Source: a virus
IMG/VR virus record: IMGVR_UViG_3300045988_024716
DNA length: 48,049 nt
Reading direction: 5' to 3' (one strand)
Positions 6,454-13,673 of this stretch are shown here, one piece after another. How positions within the stretch are numbered: position 1 is the stretch's first letter; every line of letters begins with the position of its first letter. The notes beneath the pieces are model-generated. The model was not told the origin of the DNA, did no database searches, and worked only from the letters and a program-made list of their open reading frames with translations. Both the position numbers and the translations under genes were made by a program.

Positions 6454-6717
6454 GTGAGACCGACGGGAAAGTACCGCTACCTGACCTTCGAGGACAGGAA
6501 GAAGATCGAGGCGTGGCACCTGATCGGAGACCGGCCGGCTGACATCGCGGCCCGCCTCTCCGTCCACTACACCACGATCTACAAGGAGCTCCAGCGTGGT
6601 GCGACCGGCACGCTGGACAGGAACCAGCGCGAGGGGTACAGCGCAGAGCTCGCCGAGAGGCGACTCCGTGAAAACTTCAAGCGCAGGGGCAAGAAACGAG
6701 CAACGGCCGAGACATAA
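6454..6717 (+). CDS. Stand-alone HTH protein paralogous to the N-terminal DNA-binding domain of IS30 transposases
   Basis: YRYLTFEDRKKIEAWHLIGDRPADIAARLSVHYTTIYKELQRG..YSAELAERR parallels HLTMTKRIQIDAFLRAGMKPTEIAKEIGVHYTTVYREMKR of the 5275 gene. Start is uncertain (GTG 6454 or the upstream ATG 6388 in the track). Confidence 0.6.
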   Translation: MRPTGKYRYLTFEDRKKIEAWHLIGDRPADIAARLSVHYTTIYKELQRGATGTLDRNQREGYSAELAERRLRENFKRRGKKRATAET

Positions 6718-6918
6718 GCCAAGATCACCCGGCTCCGCGCCGGGCCGAAGAAAGGAGAGCCCACCATGAGAAACCACAACACGACCCCGACAGCGAAGAT
6801 GGACGAGCTGTGCACCCGCGCAGACTCCTGAGCGATCGGCGGCCGTGTTTTTGTTTTTCAGAGGGGCAGCCAAGAACCCCGGCACCCGCCGGGCCAATTA
6901 AGAAAGGAGCACACCACC

Positions 6919-7503
6919 ATGATGAAAAAAGAGTTTGAGGCCCTGACCGGCATCTTCCCGAGCGACGAGCTCTACAAGGCGATCGAGGCCGCGTACTACG
7001 ACTTCGCCGGCGACAAAACCGCATTTTGCAAGGCGTACAAGGCCAACAAGGACGGCATCGCCGAGAGGATCCAGCACGAGGTTGATATGGCGGCCTTCAA
7101 GGCAGCAGACAGCAGCAGCAAGGCGATCGCGCAGCGCGACACCGAGATCGAGAACCTGAAGAAGCAGCTCGAGCGCGAGCTGGAATGGCGGCCGCTGGAA
7201 GATAAGGACAACGTGAGCCAGTCCGAATACACCGAGCTCGCAACGGCCGGAGGCACGAAGCGCCTGACCGATGACGAGGCCAAGACGCTCCTCTACAACT
7301 GGTACGGCTTCGCCAAAGAGAAGATCATCATCCAGCACACCATCCCGACCTATGAAGTCAACCGTCACCGTCAGCTCCGTCAGGTCGGAGAAATCGACCG
7401 AGCGCCGCTCTACAACGCGACCGACTGGAATTACATCCGCTTCGACTGCGGATGCATGGCCTACGAGCTGCACAACGACACCCTGCGGCCGTTCATTCAT
7501 TGA
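6919..7503 (+). CDS. Early protein, unknown function (194 aa)
   Basis: Long ORF with RBS aaaggag and protein-like composition. No motif recognised. Confidence 0.6.
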   Translation: MMKKEFEALTGIFPSDELYKAIEAAYYDFAGDKTAFCKAYKANKDGIAERIQHEVDMAAFKAADSSSKAIAQRDTEIENLKKQLERELEWRPLEDKDNVSQSEYTELATAGGTKRLTDDEAKTLLYNWYGFAKEKIIIQHTIPTYEVNRHRQLRQVGEIDRAPLYNATDWNYIRFDCGCMAYELHNDTLRPFIH

Positions 7504-7520
7504 GAAGGAGGTAATCGGAA

Positions 7521-8066
7521 ATGAAGCAAGGCATCACCATCGAAAGAACCTGCGATCTGCACGACAGGCCGATCGTCAGGATCGCCAAGCGCCGCGGGCG
7601 CCTGTCTCTGGAGGAGGTCGGCGACCTCCTCCGGCACGAAGGCTTCGGCGAGTGGTGGGGGCACTACGCCATCGTCCTCAACTGTACCGAGTCCACCATA
7701 GGCGGCAACGGCCTGTTCGACTTCGACGAGCCAAAGGGTGACACCCTTGACCTCTACAAAATAGACGAGGGCGAGGAGTGCCCTATCTGCGGACAGTTCA
7801 CTCCTCCCTATGTGTACTGCCCCAACTGCGGATCGAAGTGGAGCGATATAGACCAAAACGCCGAGACGCTGCTGGCGTCCATGAGAAACGAAACGGAGCG
7901 GAGCATCCGAGAGGCAAAAACACAAGCCGGCGCGTCGGCATGGTACTGGACTCAGATCGGAGCGATCGACATGGCCCGACAGCTCGGGTTTATAACGGAG
8001 GAACGCAGGCATCAGCTCTACGAGGAAATGAAGCCTCTGAAGCCCGTGGAGGTGCAGCATGAATAA
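7521..8066 (+). CDS. Early protein with a zinc-ribbon motif (181 aa)
   Basis: CPICGQFTPPYVYCPNCG (CxxC-x10-CxxC). RBS is gaaggagg. Confidence 0.6.
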   Translation: MKQGITIERTCDLHDRPIVRIAKRRGRLSLEEVGDLLRHEGFGEWWGHYAIVLNCTESTIGGNGLFDFDEPKGDTLDLYKIDEGEECPICGQFTPPYVYCPNCGSKWSDIDQNAETLLASMRNETERSIREAKTQAGASAWYWTQIGAIDMARQLGFITEERRHQLYEEMKPLKPVEVQHE

Positions 8067-8337
8067 AGCCAACGCCATCAAGCAAGAGGCCGCCCTCCTC
8101 TGCCGGGGATCCTTCCCGGCGACTCTCGAGGAAAACGGCGAGCCCTGCGTTGTGGAGGCCAGCATCTACCGGCTCAACGCTGTGGCTGCTGCCGGCTTCA
8201 TGCTGGACGGCCCGGAGAGCCTACTCCTCCACCTCGGCCTCAGTGAGACCGACACCTACATCACCAAGCACGAGATCGACGACCTTGTCACGGTCGTCAG
8301 GATCCTCAGAAAGGAGGCAGACACATGGCAGCATTGA
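8059..8337 (+). CDS. Early protein, unknown function (92 aa)
   Basis: Start overlaps the previous stop. Coding-like composition. Confidence 0.5.
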   Translation: MNKANAIKQEAALLCRGSFPATLEENGEPCVVEASIYRLNAVAAAGFMLDGPESLLLHLGLSETDTYITKHEIDDLVTVVRILRKEADTWQH

Positions 8338-9182
8338 GAGACATCGCCCGAGACGTCGCAGAGGAGATCCGCGACGGCATCGGCTGGGTGATCGTGTACC
8401 GCACCGGCCGCTCGTGGAGCGCCCTGACCCTCTGGAGCGATCTCGGGAGCGGCGAGTGGGAAACCGACGACCTCAACGACGCCATCGGGATCCTGAAAAC
8501 CGACCCGGACGCCGTCGTCCTGAACGGCTACTACTGCGGCCACTTCGGCGAGGGAATGACCATCGACGAGATCGCCGCCGGGATCCGCTGGCACTATGAA
8601 GGCGGCCACAACCGCCTCGCGGACTATTACGAAGTCGAGCAAGGGCTGAACGCCATCGAGGAGGCCCGCAAGACTGCCGAGGCCGCTGGCCTCCCATTCT
8701 GCGAACGTCTGGCCGAGGGCCCGGACGACGAGCTTGACCCGTACACCTACGACGGGAGCATGAGCCTCGACGACTACGAGGCCATGCAGGACGCCAGAAC
8801 AGCCCGGGAGGAGCTCGCTGCCGTCGTGGCAGCACAGGCCCCGGGCCTGCCTGCTGAGAAGCTGGACGAGCTGGCCGCTGCGGCTGCCGGCCTACATATC
8901 AGCCCGGAAACCATGCAGCAGATCCTCGAAGCCTTCGGCCGGGTCGCCGAGGCTGTCAAGGAAATGGCCCGCGCTCTGATGGAGGCGTTCAAGCCGATCA
9001 TCGACTGGGCCAAGAAAACGGTCGAGCGCTTCATGGAGGCGCTGGCCGCCGGCATCGTCCCGAGGAAGTGGCTGCACCTCGCCAAGCACGCCAAGAAGGC
9101 CAGAACCCGCAAGAAGTACCGCAACCGCATCAGGCGGGCCGTGTTCGCCGCTCTGGCCGCGGAAGGAGGTGGGAGCTCATGA
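8325..9182 (+). CDS. Early protein, unknown function (285 aa), basic C-terminal tail
   Basis: RBS aaaggagg. Acidic body, then KHAKKARTRKKYRNRIRR. Confidence 0.6.
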   Translation: MAALRDIARDVAEEIRDGIGWVIVYRTGRSWSALTLWSDLGSGEWETDDLNDAIGILKTDPDAVVLNGYYCGHFGEGMTIDEIAAGIRWHYEGGHNRLADYYEVEQGLNAIEEARKTAEAAGLPFCERLAEGPDDELDPYTYDGSMSLDDYEAMQDARTAREELAAVVAAQAPGLPAEKLDELAAAAAGLHISPETMQQILEAFGRVAEAVKEMARALMEAFKPIIDWAKKTVERFMEALAAGIVPRKWLHLAKHAKKARTRKKYRNRIRRAVFAALAAEGGGSS

Positions 9183-9358
9183 CCGCCAAATGCGTCGGCT
9201 GCGGGCTCGACTGGAACGTCAGCATCTACCAGAAGATCCCCCGCACCGGCTACATCTGCCCGCACTGTGAGAGCCGGATCCGCGCCGGCGAACCGCTGAA
9301 GAATATACAGGCCAGCCCCAAGGGCCGGCCGCCAAGAACGAAAGGAGCAAAACCATGA
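9179..9358 (+). CDS. Small zinc-ribbon protein (59 aa)
   Basis: MTAKCVGCGLDWNV...YICPHCESRI (CxxC ... CxxC). ATGA overlaps at both ends. Confidence 0.5.
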   Translation: MTAKCVGCGLDWNVSIYQKIPRTGYICPHCESRIRAGEPLKNIQASPKGRPPRTKGAKP

Positions 9359-10044
9359 AAAAAGCACTCAAGACCGCGCCCCGCGGCACCGCCTTCAACT
9401 ATGCCGGCCAGCGCTGGGTCGTGCTGGAACATAACGCCACCGGCACCCTCTGCCTGACTGAGAAGATCGTCGAGGATCGCGCCTTCGACGACGGCAACTG
9501 CAACGACTTCAGCAAGTCCAGCAGCCTGCGCTACCTGAACGGCCCCTTCCTCGACACCCTGATCGACGCCGCCGGCTGCTCCAGCGCCTTCCTGACGAGT
9601 GAGCTCGACCTGACGACCGACGACGGTCTGAAGGACTACGGCACCTGCAACGTCACAATCTTCCTGCTGACGGTCGACCAGTACCGGCGCAACCGCGACG
9701 TGATCCCCAACGCAGACGACTGGTGGTGGCTGTCCACGGCCTTCAGCACGGCCTCCAATGGGTACGAGCATAGCGCCCGCGGCGTCCGCGCCGATGGCGC
9801 GCTGGACTGGAACTACGCCTGCTACGGCGGCGGCGGCCTGCGCCCCGCTTGCTATCTGGACTCCGATCTCCTGATCTCCTTCGACGAGCAGGACGTGACC
9901 GCAGAGCAGGCCGGCGACATCGTCAAGGAGCTGATCGAGAGCTTCGGCGGCAGCTTCGCCACCGAGGAGCAGCTCAGAGCTGCGGCCTCCTTCATGCTCG
10001 GCACGCTGCGAGCCACCAGAGAACAGGAGGCGGCCCATGAGTAA
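9355..10044 (+). CDS. Second DGR target protein (229 aa) carrying VR2; DUF6273/DUF1566-like (presumed C-type-lectin-fold) ligand-binding protein
   Basis: Contains VR2. FLLTVDQYRRN...WWWLSTA...GLRPACYLDSDLLIS parallels IFPLSCTEVG...YYWLRDA...GLRPACNLSSDLLVS of the RT-adjacent target. Confidence 0.85.
   Translation: MKKALKTAPRGTAFNYAGQRWVVLEHNATGTLCLTEKIVEDRAFDDGNCNDFSKSSSLRYLNGPFLDTLIDAAGCSSAFLTSELDLTTDDGLKDYGTCNVTIFLLTVDQYRRNRDVIPNADDWWWLSTAFSTASNGYEHSARGVRADGALDWNYACYGGGGLRPACYLDSDLLISFDEQDVTAEQAGDIVKELIESFGGSFATEEQLRAAASFMLGTLRATREQEAAHE
9772..9850 (+). repeat. DGR variable region VR2 (matches TR 45789-45867)
   Basis: 79-bp alignment with 17 mismatches, all at TR adenines. In frame with ORF 9355. 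Shares the A-free 3' element ggcctgcgccccgctt. Confidence 0.9.
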
Positions 10045-10747
10045 CCTGACCGCCCTTCTGAACAAGTACAAGGCCCTCGTGATCTTCGACACCGAGACCA
10101 GTGGCCTCGACTTCGACAAGGATCAGATCATCGAGCTGGCGGCCCTGCGCGTGGAGCGCACGGCCTCCGGCGGGCTGAGGATCGCCGGCAAGATGGACAC
10201 CTTCATCAAGCTGCCCGAGGGCGAGACGCTGCCGGAGAACATCGTCAGCCTGACCGGCATCACCGACGCCCTCCTCCAGACCGAGGGCGTGCAGCCGGCC
10301 AAGGCAGCCAGCCAGATCGCCAAGCTCATGCAGCCGGGCCCCGTCCTGATGATCGCCCACAACGCACAGTTCGACGCCTGCTTTCTTCGCGGCCTGCTGC
10401 GCGGCGCCAAGGTCGGCCGGATCGACTGGCTGGACAGCCTGACGGTCTACAAAGACCGCCGGCCCTACCCTCATAAGCTCGCCAACGCGATCCTTGCCTA
10501 CGAGCTCGAGGACAAGGTGCAGAACAGCCATCGAGCGATCGACGACGTGCTGGCCCTGTTCGAGGTGATGAAGGCGATGGACGACGAGCGTGACGACCTC
10601 GCTGCCTACGTCAACCTGTTCGGCTACAACCCGAAGTACGGCGTCAGCGGCCGCAGGATCGTCGGCGTCAGATATGAGCCGCAGGGCTTCAACAAAGCCA
10701 TGACGCGGCCGGAACAAACCCTCCCGGCCCGCATGGCCCGGAGGTGA
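10037..10747 (+). CDS. DnaQ-like 3'-5' exonuclease (DEDDh, Pol III epsilon family)
   Basis: VIFDTETSGL (ExoI), IAHNAQFDACFL (ExoII), HRAIDDVLALFEV (ExoIII). Confidence 0.85.
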   Translation: MSNLTALLNKYKALVIFDTETSGLDFDKDQIIELAALRVERTASGGLRIAGKMDTFIKLPEGETLPENIVSLTGITDALLQTEGVQPAKAASQIAKLMQPGPVLMIAHNAQFDACFLRGLLRGAKVGRIDWLDSLTVYKDRRPYPHKLANAILAYELEDKVQNSHRAIDDVLALFEVMKAMDDERDDLAAYVNLFGYNPKYGVSGRRIVGVRYEPQGFNKAMTRPEQTLPARMARR

Positions 10748-10752
10748 GGACA

Positions 10753-11028
10753 ATGAGCAAGAGCTCGCCGATCACAATCACGAGCGAGGAGCTGCGTGAG
10801 CGCGTCGAGGAGTACCTCGACCGCTGGATCCCGGACGACGTCTGGAACCGCAGCGAACCCTACGCCCGCCGCAAGCTCGACCTCTGCCGGGAACGGGAGC
10901 CGGAGGTCGAATACTACAACAACGAGTACCTCGTACTGCTGGCAGCGGACACCGTCAGAGAGACGGAGTTCAGCGACTTCACCCTCGCGGACTACGCCGC
11001 GAAGATGGCAGCCAGAGCTACGAGCTGA
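10753..11028 (+). CDS. Hypothetical protein (91 aa)
   Basis: ATG 10753 after gaggtgagg. Coding-like composition. Confidence 0.5.
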   Translation: MSKSSPITITSEELRERVEEYLDRWIPDDVWNRSEPYARRKLDLCREREPEVEYYNNEYLVLLAADTVRETEFSDFTLADYAAKMAARATS

Positions 11029-11040
11029 GAGGAGAAAACA

Positions 11041-11715
11041 ATGGCAACAGTAACAAAAAGGGCCGCCTGCTGCAATCAGGCGACCCCTGCGAGAAGAACA
11101 GGCCAGCCAGCCGTCGGATCTCGCTCGTCGTACAGTATAGCACGAAAGAAGCGCCGCGCCAAGTACCTGCGCCGGCAAATCGCCTGCCTGCTGCTCGCTG
11201 CTGCCGCCCTGACCGCCCTGATCTACGTCGTGGTCGGGGCGCTGACCCCGGACAAGCCCGGGACGGCCACAGTGGTGACGCCGCGGCCGGTCATCGAAAC
11301 GCAGACCCCAATCCAGACGCCGGCAGCAGAACCGACACCGGCCCCACGCTTCGAGCTGAGCGCAGCAGAGCGCGACGTCGTCGAGCGCGTGGTCATGGCC
11401 GAAGCCGGCGGCGAGTCCTTCGAGGGGCAAATGTTGGTCGCACAGTGCATCCTCAACGCCTGCGAAAAGACCGGCACGCAGCCCTCCGAGGTCGTCGTGA
11501 CGTTCAAGTATGCACCGGCCCGCCCGGAGCCGACCGACAGCGTCAGGGAGGCCGTGGCGGCAGTATTTGACGCCGGCGAGTTCATCACCGACGAGCCGGT
11601 CATGTTCTTCTACAACCCCGCAAAAGTCACAAGCACATGGCACGAGAGCCAGACCTTCGTCATCGAGGTCGGCGGCCATCGCTTTTTCGCAGAAAGGAGC
11701 CAAGACAATGAGTGA
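11041..11715 (+). CDS. Membrane-anchored cell-wall hydrolase, SleB/CwlJ (Hydrolase_2)-like
   Basis: Basic N-terminus, TM (IACLLLAAAALTALIYVVVGAL), Pro/Thr linker, then ERDVVERVVMAEAGGESFEGQMLVAQCILNA....FFYNP, typical of the SleB catalytic domain. Confidence 0.75.
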   Translation: MATVTKRAACCNQATPARRTGQPAVGSRSSYSIARKKRRAKYLRRQIACLLLAAAALTALIYVVVGALTPDKPGTATVVTPRPVIETQTPIQTPAAEPTPAPRFELSAAERDVVERVVMAEAGGESFEGQMLVAQCILNACEKTGTQPSEVVVTFKYAPARPEPTDSVREAVAAVFDAGEFITDEPVMFFYNPAKVTSTWHESQTFVIEVGGHRFFAERSQDNE

Positions 11716-12349
11716 TAAAACCAACGCGGCCATCGCCGCAGAACAGCAGGCAGCAGCTACCGAGGAAAGCTCGGCAGCTCAGCAGGCCGAGGCCCTGCCG
11801 GCTGCCACCCTCGAGGAGCTCGAGGAGTTTGACATCGGCAGCGTCGCCGATCAGGAGGCCCCGCGCTTCAGGATCACGGACGACCGATGCGCAGACTGGG
11901 CCGTCCGCAAGATAGCCGAGGAGCGTGCGGAGTACGACCGCTTGAAAGAGCTGGCCGACCAGCAGGTCGCAGCCATCGCCGAGAAGATGGAGGCAGCCAA
12001 GCGCCGGCTCGAGAACGGCACGTCCTACTTGACGAGCTGCCTCGCCGAGTATTTCCGCACCGTACCCCACAAGACCACCAAGACGACCGAGAAATACCGC
12101 CTCCTCTCCGGCACCCTGACCCTCAAGAAGGGCGGCACCAAGGCAACGCCGGACGACGCGAAGCTGGTGCCGTGGCTGAAGGCCAACGGCTTCAGCGACT
12201 ACGTCAAGACCGAGGAGAGCGCCAAGTGGGGCGAGCTGAAGAAGGGGCTCACCTTCGTCGGCAGCGTCGCCACTATCACCGAGACCGGCGAGATCGTCGA
12301 AGGCATCACCGTCACGGAGCAGCCCGACATCTTCAAGGTCGACTTGTAA
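11708..12349 (+). CDS. Recombination-associated protein, Gam (host-nuclease inhibitor) / Gp157-like
   Basis: Ala/Glu-rich N-terminus. FRITDDRCADWAVRKIAEERAEYDRLKE...RLLSGTLTLKKG pattern. Positioned directly upstream of the ERF gene. Family assignment is tentative. Confidence 0.45.
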   Translation: MSDKTNAAIAAEQQAAATEESSAAQQAEALPAATLEELEEFDIGSVADQEAPRFRITDDRCADWAVRKIAEERAEYDRLKELADQQVAAIAEKMEAAKRRLENGTSYLTSCLAEYFRTVPHKTTKTTEKYRLLSGTLTLKKGGTKATPDDAKLVPWLKANGFSDYVKTEESAKWGELKKGLTFVGSVATITETGEIVEGITVTEQPDIFKVDL

Positions 12350-12361
12350 AGGAGGCCCACC

Positions 12362-13174
12362 ATGACAACCGCAGCAGAAAAGAAAACCACAGCGGCAGCC
12401 AAGACCGCGGAGGCCCTGCCTGACGTGGCCTCCTGCCTCTCTCTCCGGCAGAAGCTCGTCGAAATGAGGAAAGCCTGCCCGGAGATCCTGAAGAAGAAGC
12501 ACAGCGACGGCGTCAGCTACTCCTACGCCAAGATCTACGACGTGTGGGAGAAGATCACCCCGATCATGAACCAGCTCGGCGTCGACTTCGACGTCATCGC
12601 TGAGACGGCCACCAAGCACTCGGACAACGGCGACCCGCTGTACTGGATCACCATGCAGACCAAGACCCGCAACGGCGACAAGCTCATGTTCCTCTACGAG
12701 GCCGACCTGACGATCCGCTGGACGAACCTCGACAACGAGGACGAGACCATCGAGGCCGTGATCCACTCGATCGGCTGGAACGATGACCCGGCCAAGGCCA
12801 AGGGCGCAGCCCACACCTACGCCCTGAAATACTACCTTTTCGAGAAGTTCACGGTCGACCAAGGCGAGGACGACCCCGACAACAACGACTTCAGCGCACA
12901 GGGCAAGGGCTCCGGCAGCGCAGGAGCCTCCAGACAGGGCCAGCAGCGTCAGGGACAGGGCCAGAGCTCCGGCCGACTCAGTGACGCGCAACTCGGCCGC
13001 CTCTACAAGAAGGCAGAGGCCGCCGGCATGAGCCGCGAGCGCACCGACGCCCGGATCCTCGAGAAGTACAAGAAGCAGGATCCGGCCACCCTGACCCGTC
13101 AGGAATACGACGAGATCTGCAACTCGCTCGACGCCGCAGCGGCGCAGCATAACCAGCAAGGAGGTCAAGCCTAA
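12362..13174 (+). CDS. ERF-family single-strand annealing protein
   Basis: SYSYAKIYDVWEKITPIMNQLG...KGAAHTYALKYYLFEKF resembles the ERF core. Followed by SSB. Confidence 0.8.
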   Translation: MTTAAEKKTTAAAKTAEALPDVASCLSLRQKLVEMRKACPEILKKKHSDGVSYSYAKIYDVWEKITPIMNQLGVDFDVIAETATKHSDNGDPLYWITMQTKTRNGDKLMFLYEADLTIRWTNLDNEDETIEAVIHSIGWNDDPAKAKGAAHTYALKYYLFEKFTVDQGEDDPDNNDFSAQGKGSGSAGASRQGQQRQGQGQSSGRLSDAQLGRLYKKAEAAGMSRERTDARILEKYKKQDPATLTRQEYDEICNSLDAAAAQHNQQGGQA

Positions 13175-13608
13175 TGTATAACCACACAGGACTTCAGGGG
13201 CGCCTCACGGCCACCCCTGAGCTCAGATACACCCCAAGCGGCACCGCGATCACGAGCTTCACGCTCGCCAGCGACACCGGCCGCAAGACCAAGGACGGCA
13301 ACAGGATCACCAATTTCATCGACTGCGTGGCGTGGCGCCAGCAGGCCGAGTTCGCCTGCAAGTACCTCACCAAGGGCCGCCTCGTCATCGTCGACGGAGA
13401 GCTGACCAGCCGAACCTATGAGGACAAGGACGGGAACCGCCGCAAGGCCACGGAGATCACCGTCAGGAACATCAACTTCAGCGACAGCAAGAAAGACGGC
13501 CAGAGCGCGGGCTCGCAGCCGCAGGGCGACGACTTCGCGGATCCCGGGTACGCAGACGCCTCCGGCTTCACGGAGGTAGACGGCGATGACAGCGATCTCC
13601 CGTTTTAG
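13174..13608 (+). CDS. ssb: Single-stranded DNA-binding protein
   Basis: GRLTATPELRYTPSGTAITSFTLA...FIDCVAWRQQAEFACKYLTKGRLVIVDGEL..RTYEDKDGN.R is an OB-fold pattern. The acidic tail ends in DDSDLPF. Confidence 0.9.
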   Translation: MYNHTGLQGRLTATPELRYTPSGTAITSFTLASDTGRKTKDGNRITNFIDCVAWRQQAEFACKYLTKGRLVIVDGELTSRTYEDKDGNRRKATEITVRNINFSDSKKDGQSAGSQPQGDDFADPGYADASGFTEVDGDDSDLPF

Positions 13609-13618
13609 AACGACCGAC

Positions 13619-13639
13619 GGCCGACCAAAGGCCGACCAA
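13619..13639 (+). repeat. Tandem direct repeat ggccgaccaa-a-ggccgaccaa (11-bp period) upstream of the replication gene
   Basis: Exact 10-mers at 13619-13628 and 13630-13639 in a T-poor intergenic region. Function not established. Confidence 0.3.
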
Positions 13640-13673
13640 TTAAGAGCCAAGGACACGCGGCCACAAAGAGGAG

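Noticed and set aside
5223-6460. Terminal inverted repeats of an IS30 element around the transposase gene.
   Set aside because: Only a poor match was found (cttttgccattttcaagg versus the reverse complement cttttgtcaagatt). The inverted repeat gcatttaat/attaaatgc lies on one side only and brackets a promoter. The element boundaries are therefore left undefined.
6766-6831. 21-aa ORF (MRNHNTTPTAKMDELCTRADS) with RBS aaaggag, flanked by two cccggc-N4/5-gccggg hairpins (6728-6744 and 6878-6893).
   Set aside because: It is too short and featureless to call as a gene. It may be a leader peptide or chance ORF. The hairpins lack T-runs.
11660-13168. Very long antisense ORFs in the track, for example 11660..13168(-) 502 aa, 14524..16017(-) 497 aa, 30108..31619(-) 503 aa, 32957..34567(-) 536 aa, 41212..42783(-) 523 aa and 18483..19739(-) 418 aa.
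   Set aside because: They lie opposite plus-strand genes with clear family motifs (ERF, DnaC, capsid E, sheath, fibre). Their compositions are Arg/Gly/Ala/Leu/Val-rich and stop-poor, which is typical of shadow frames in GC-rich DNA. They lack RBSs and recognisable motifs.
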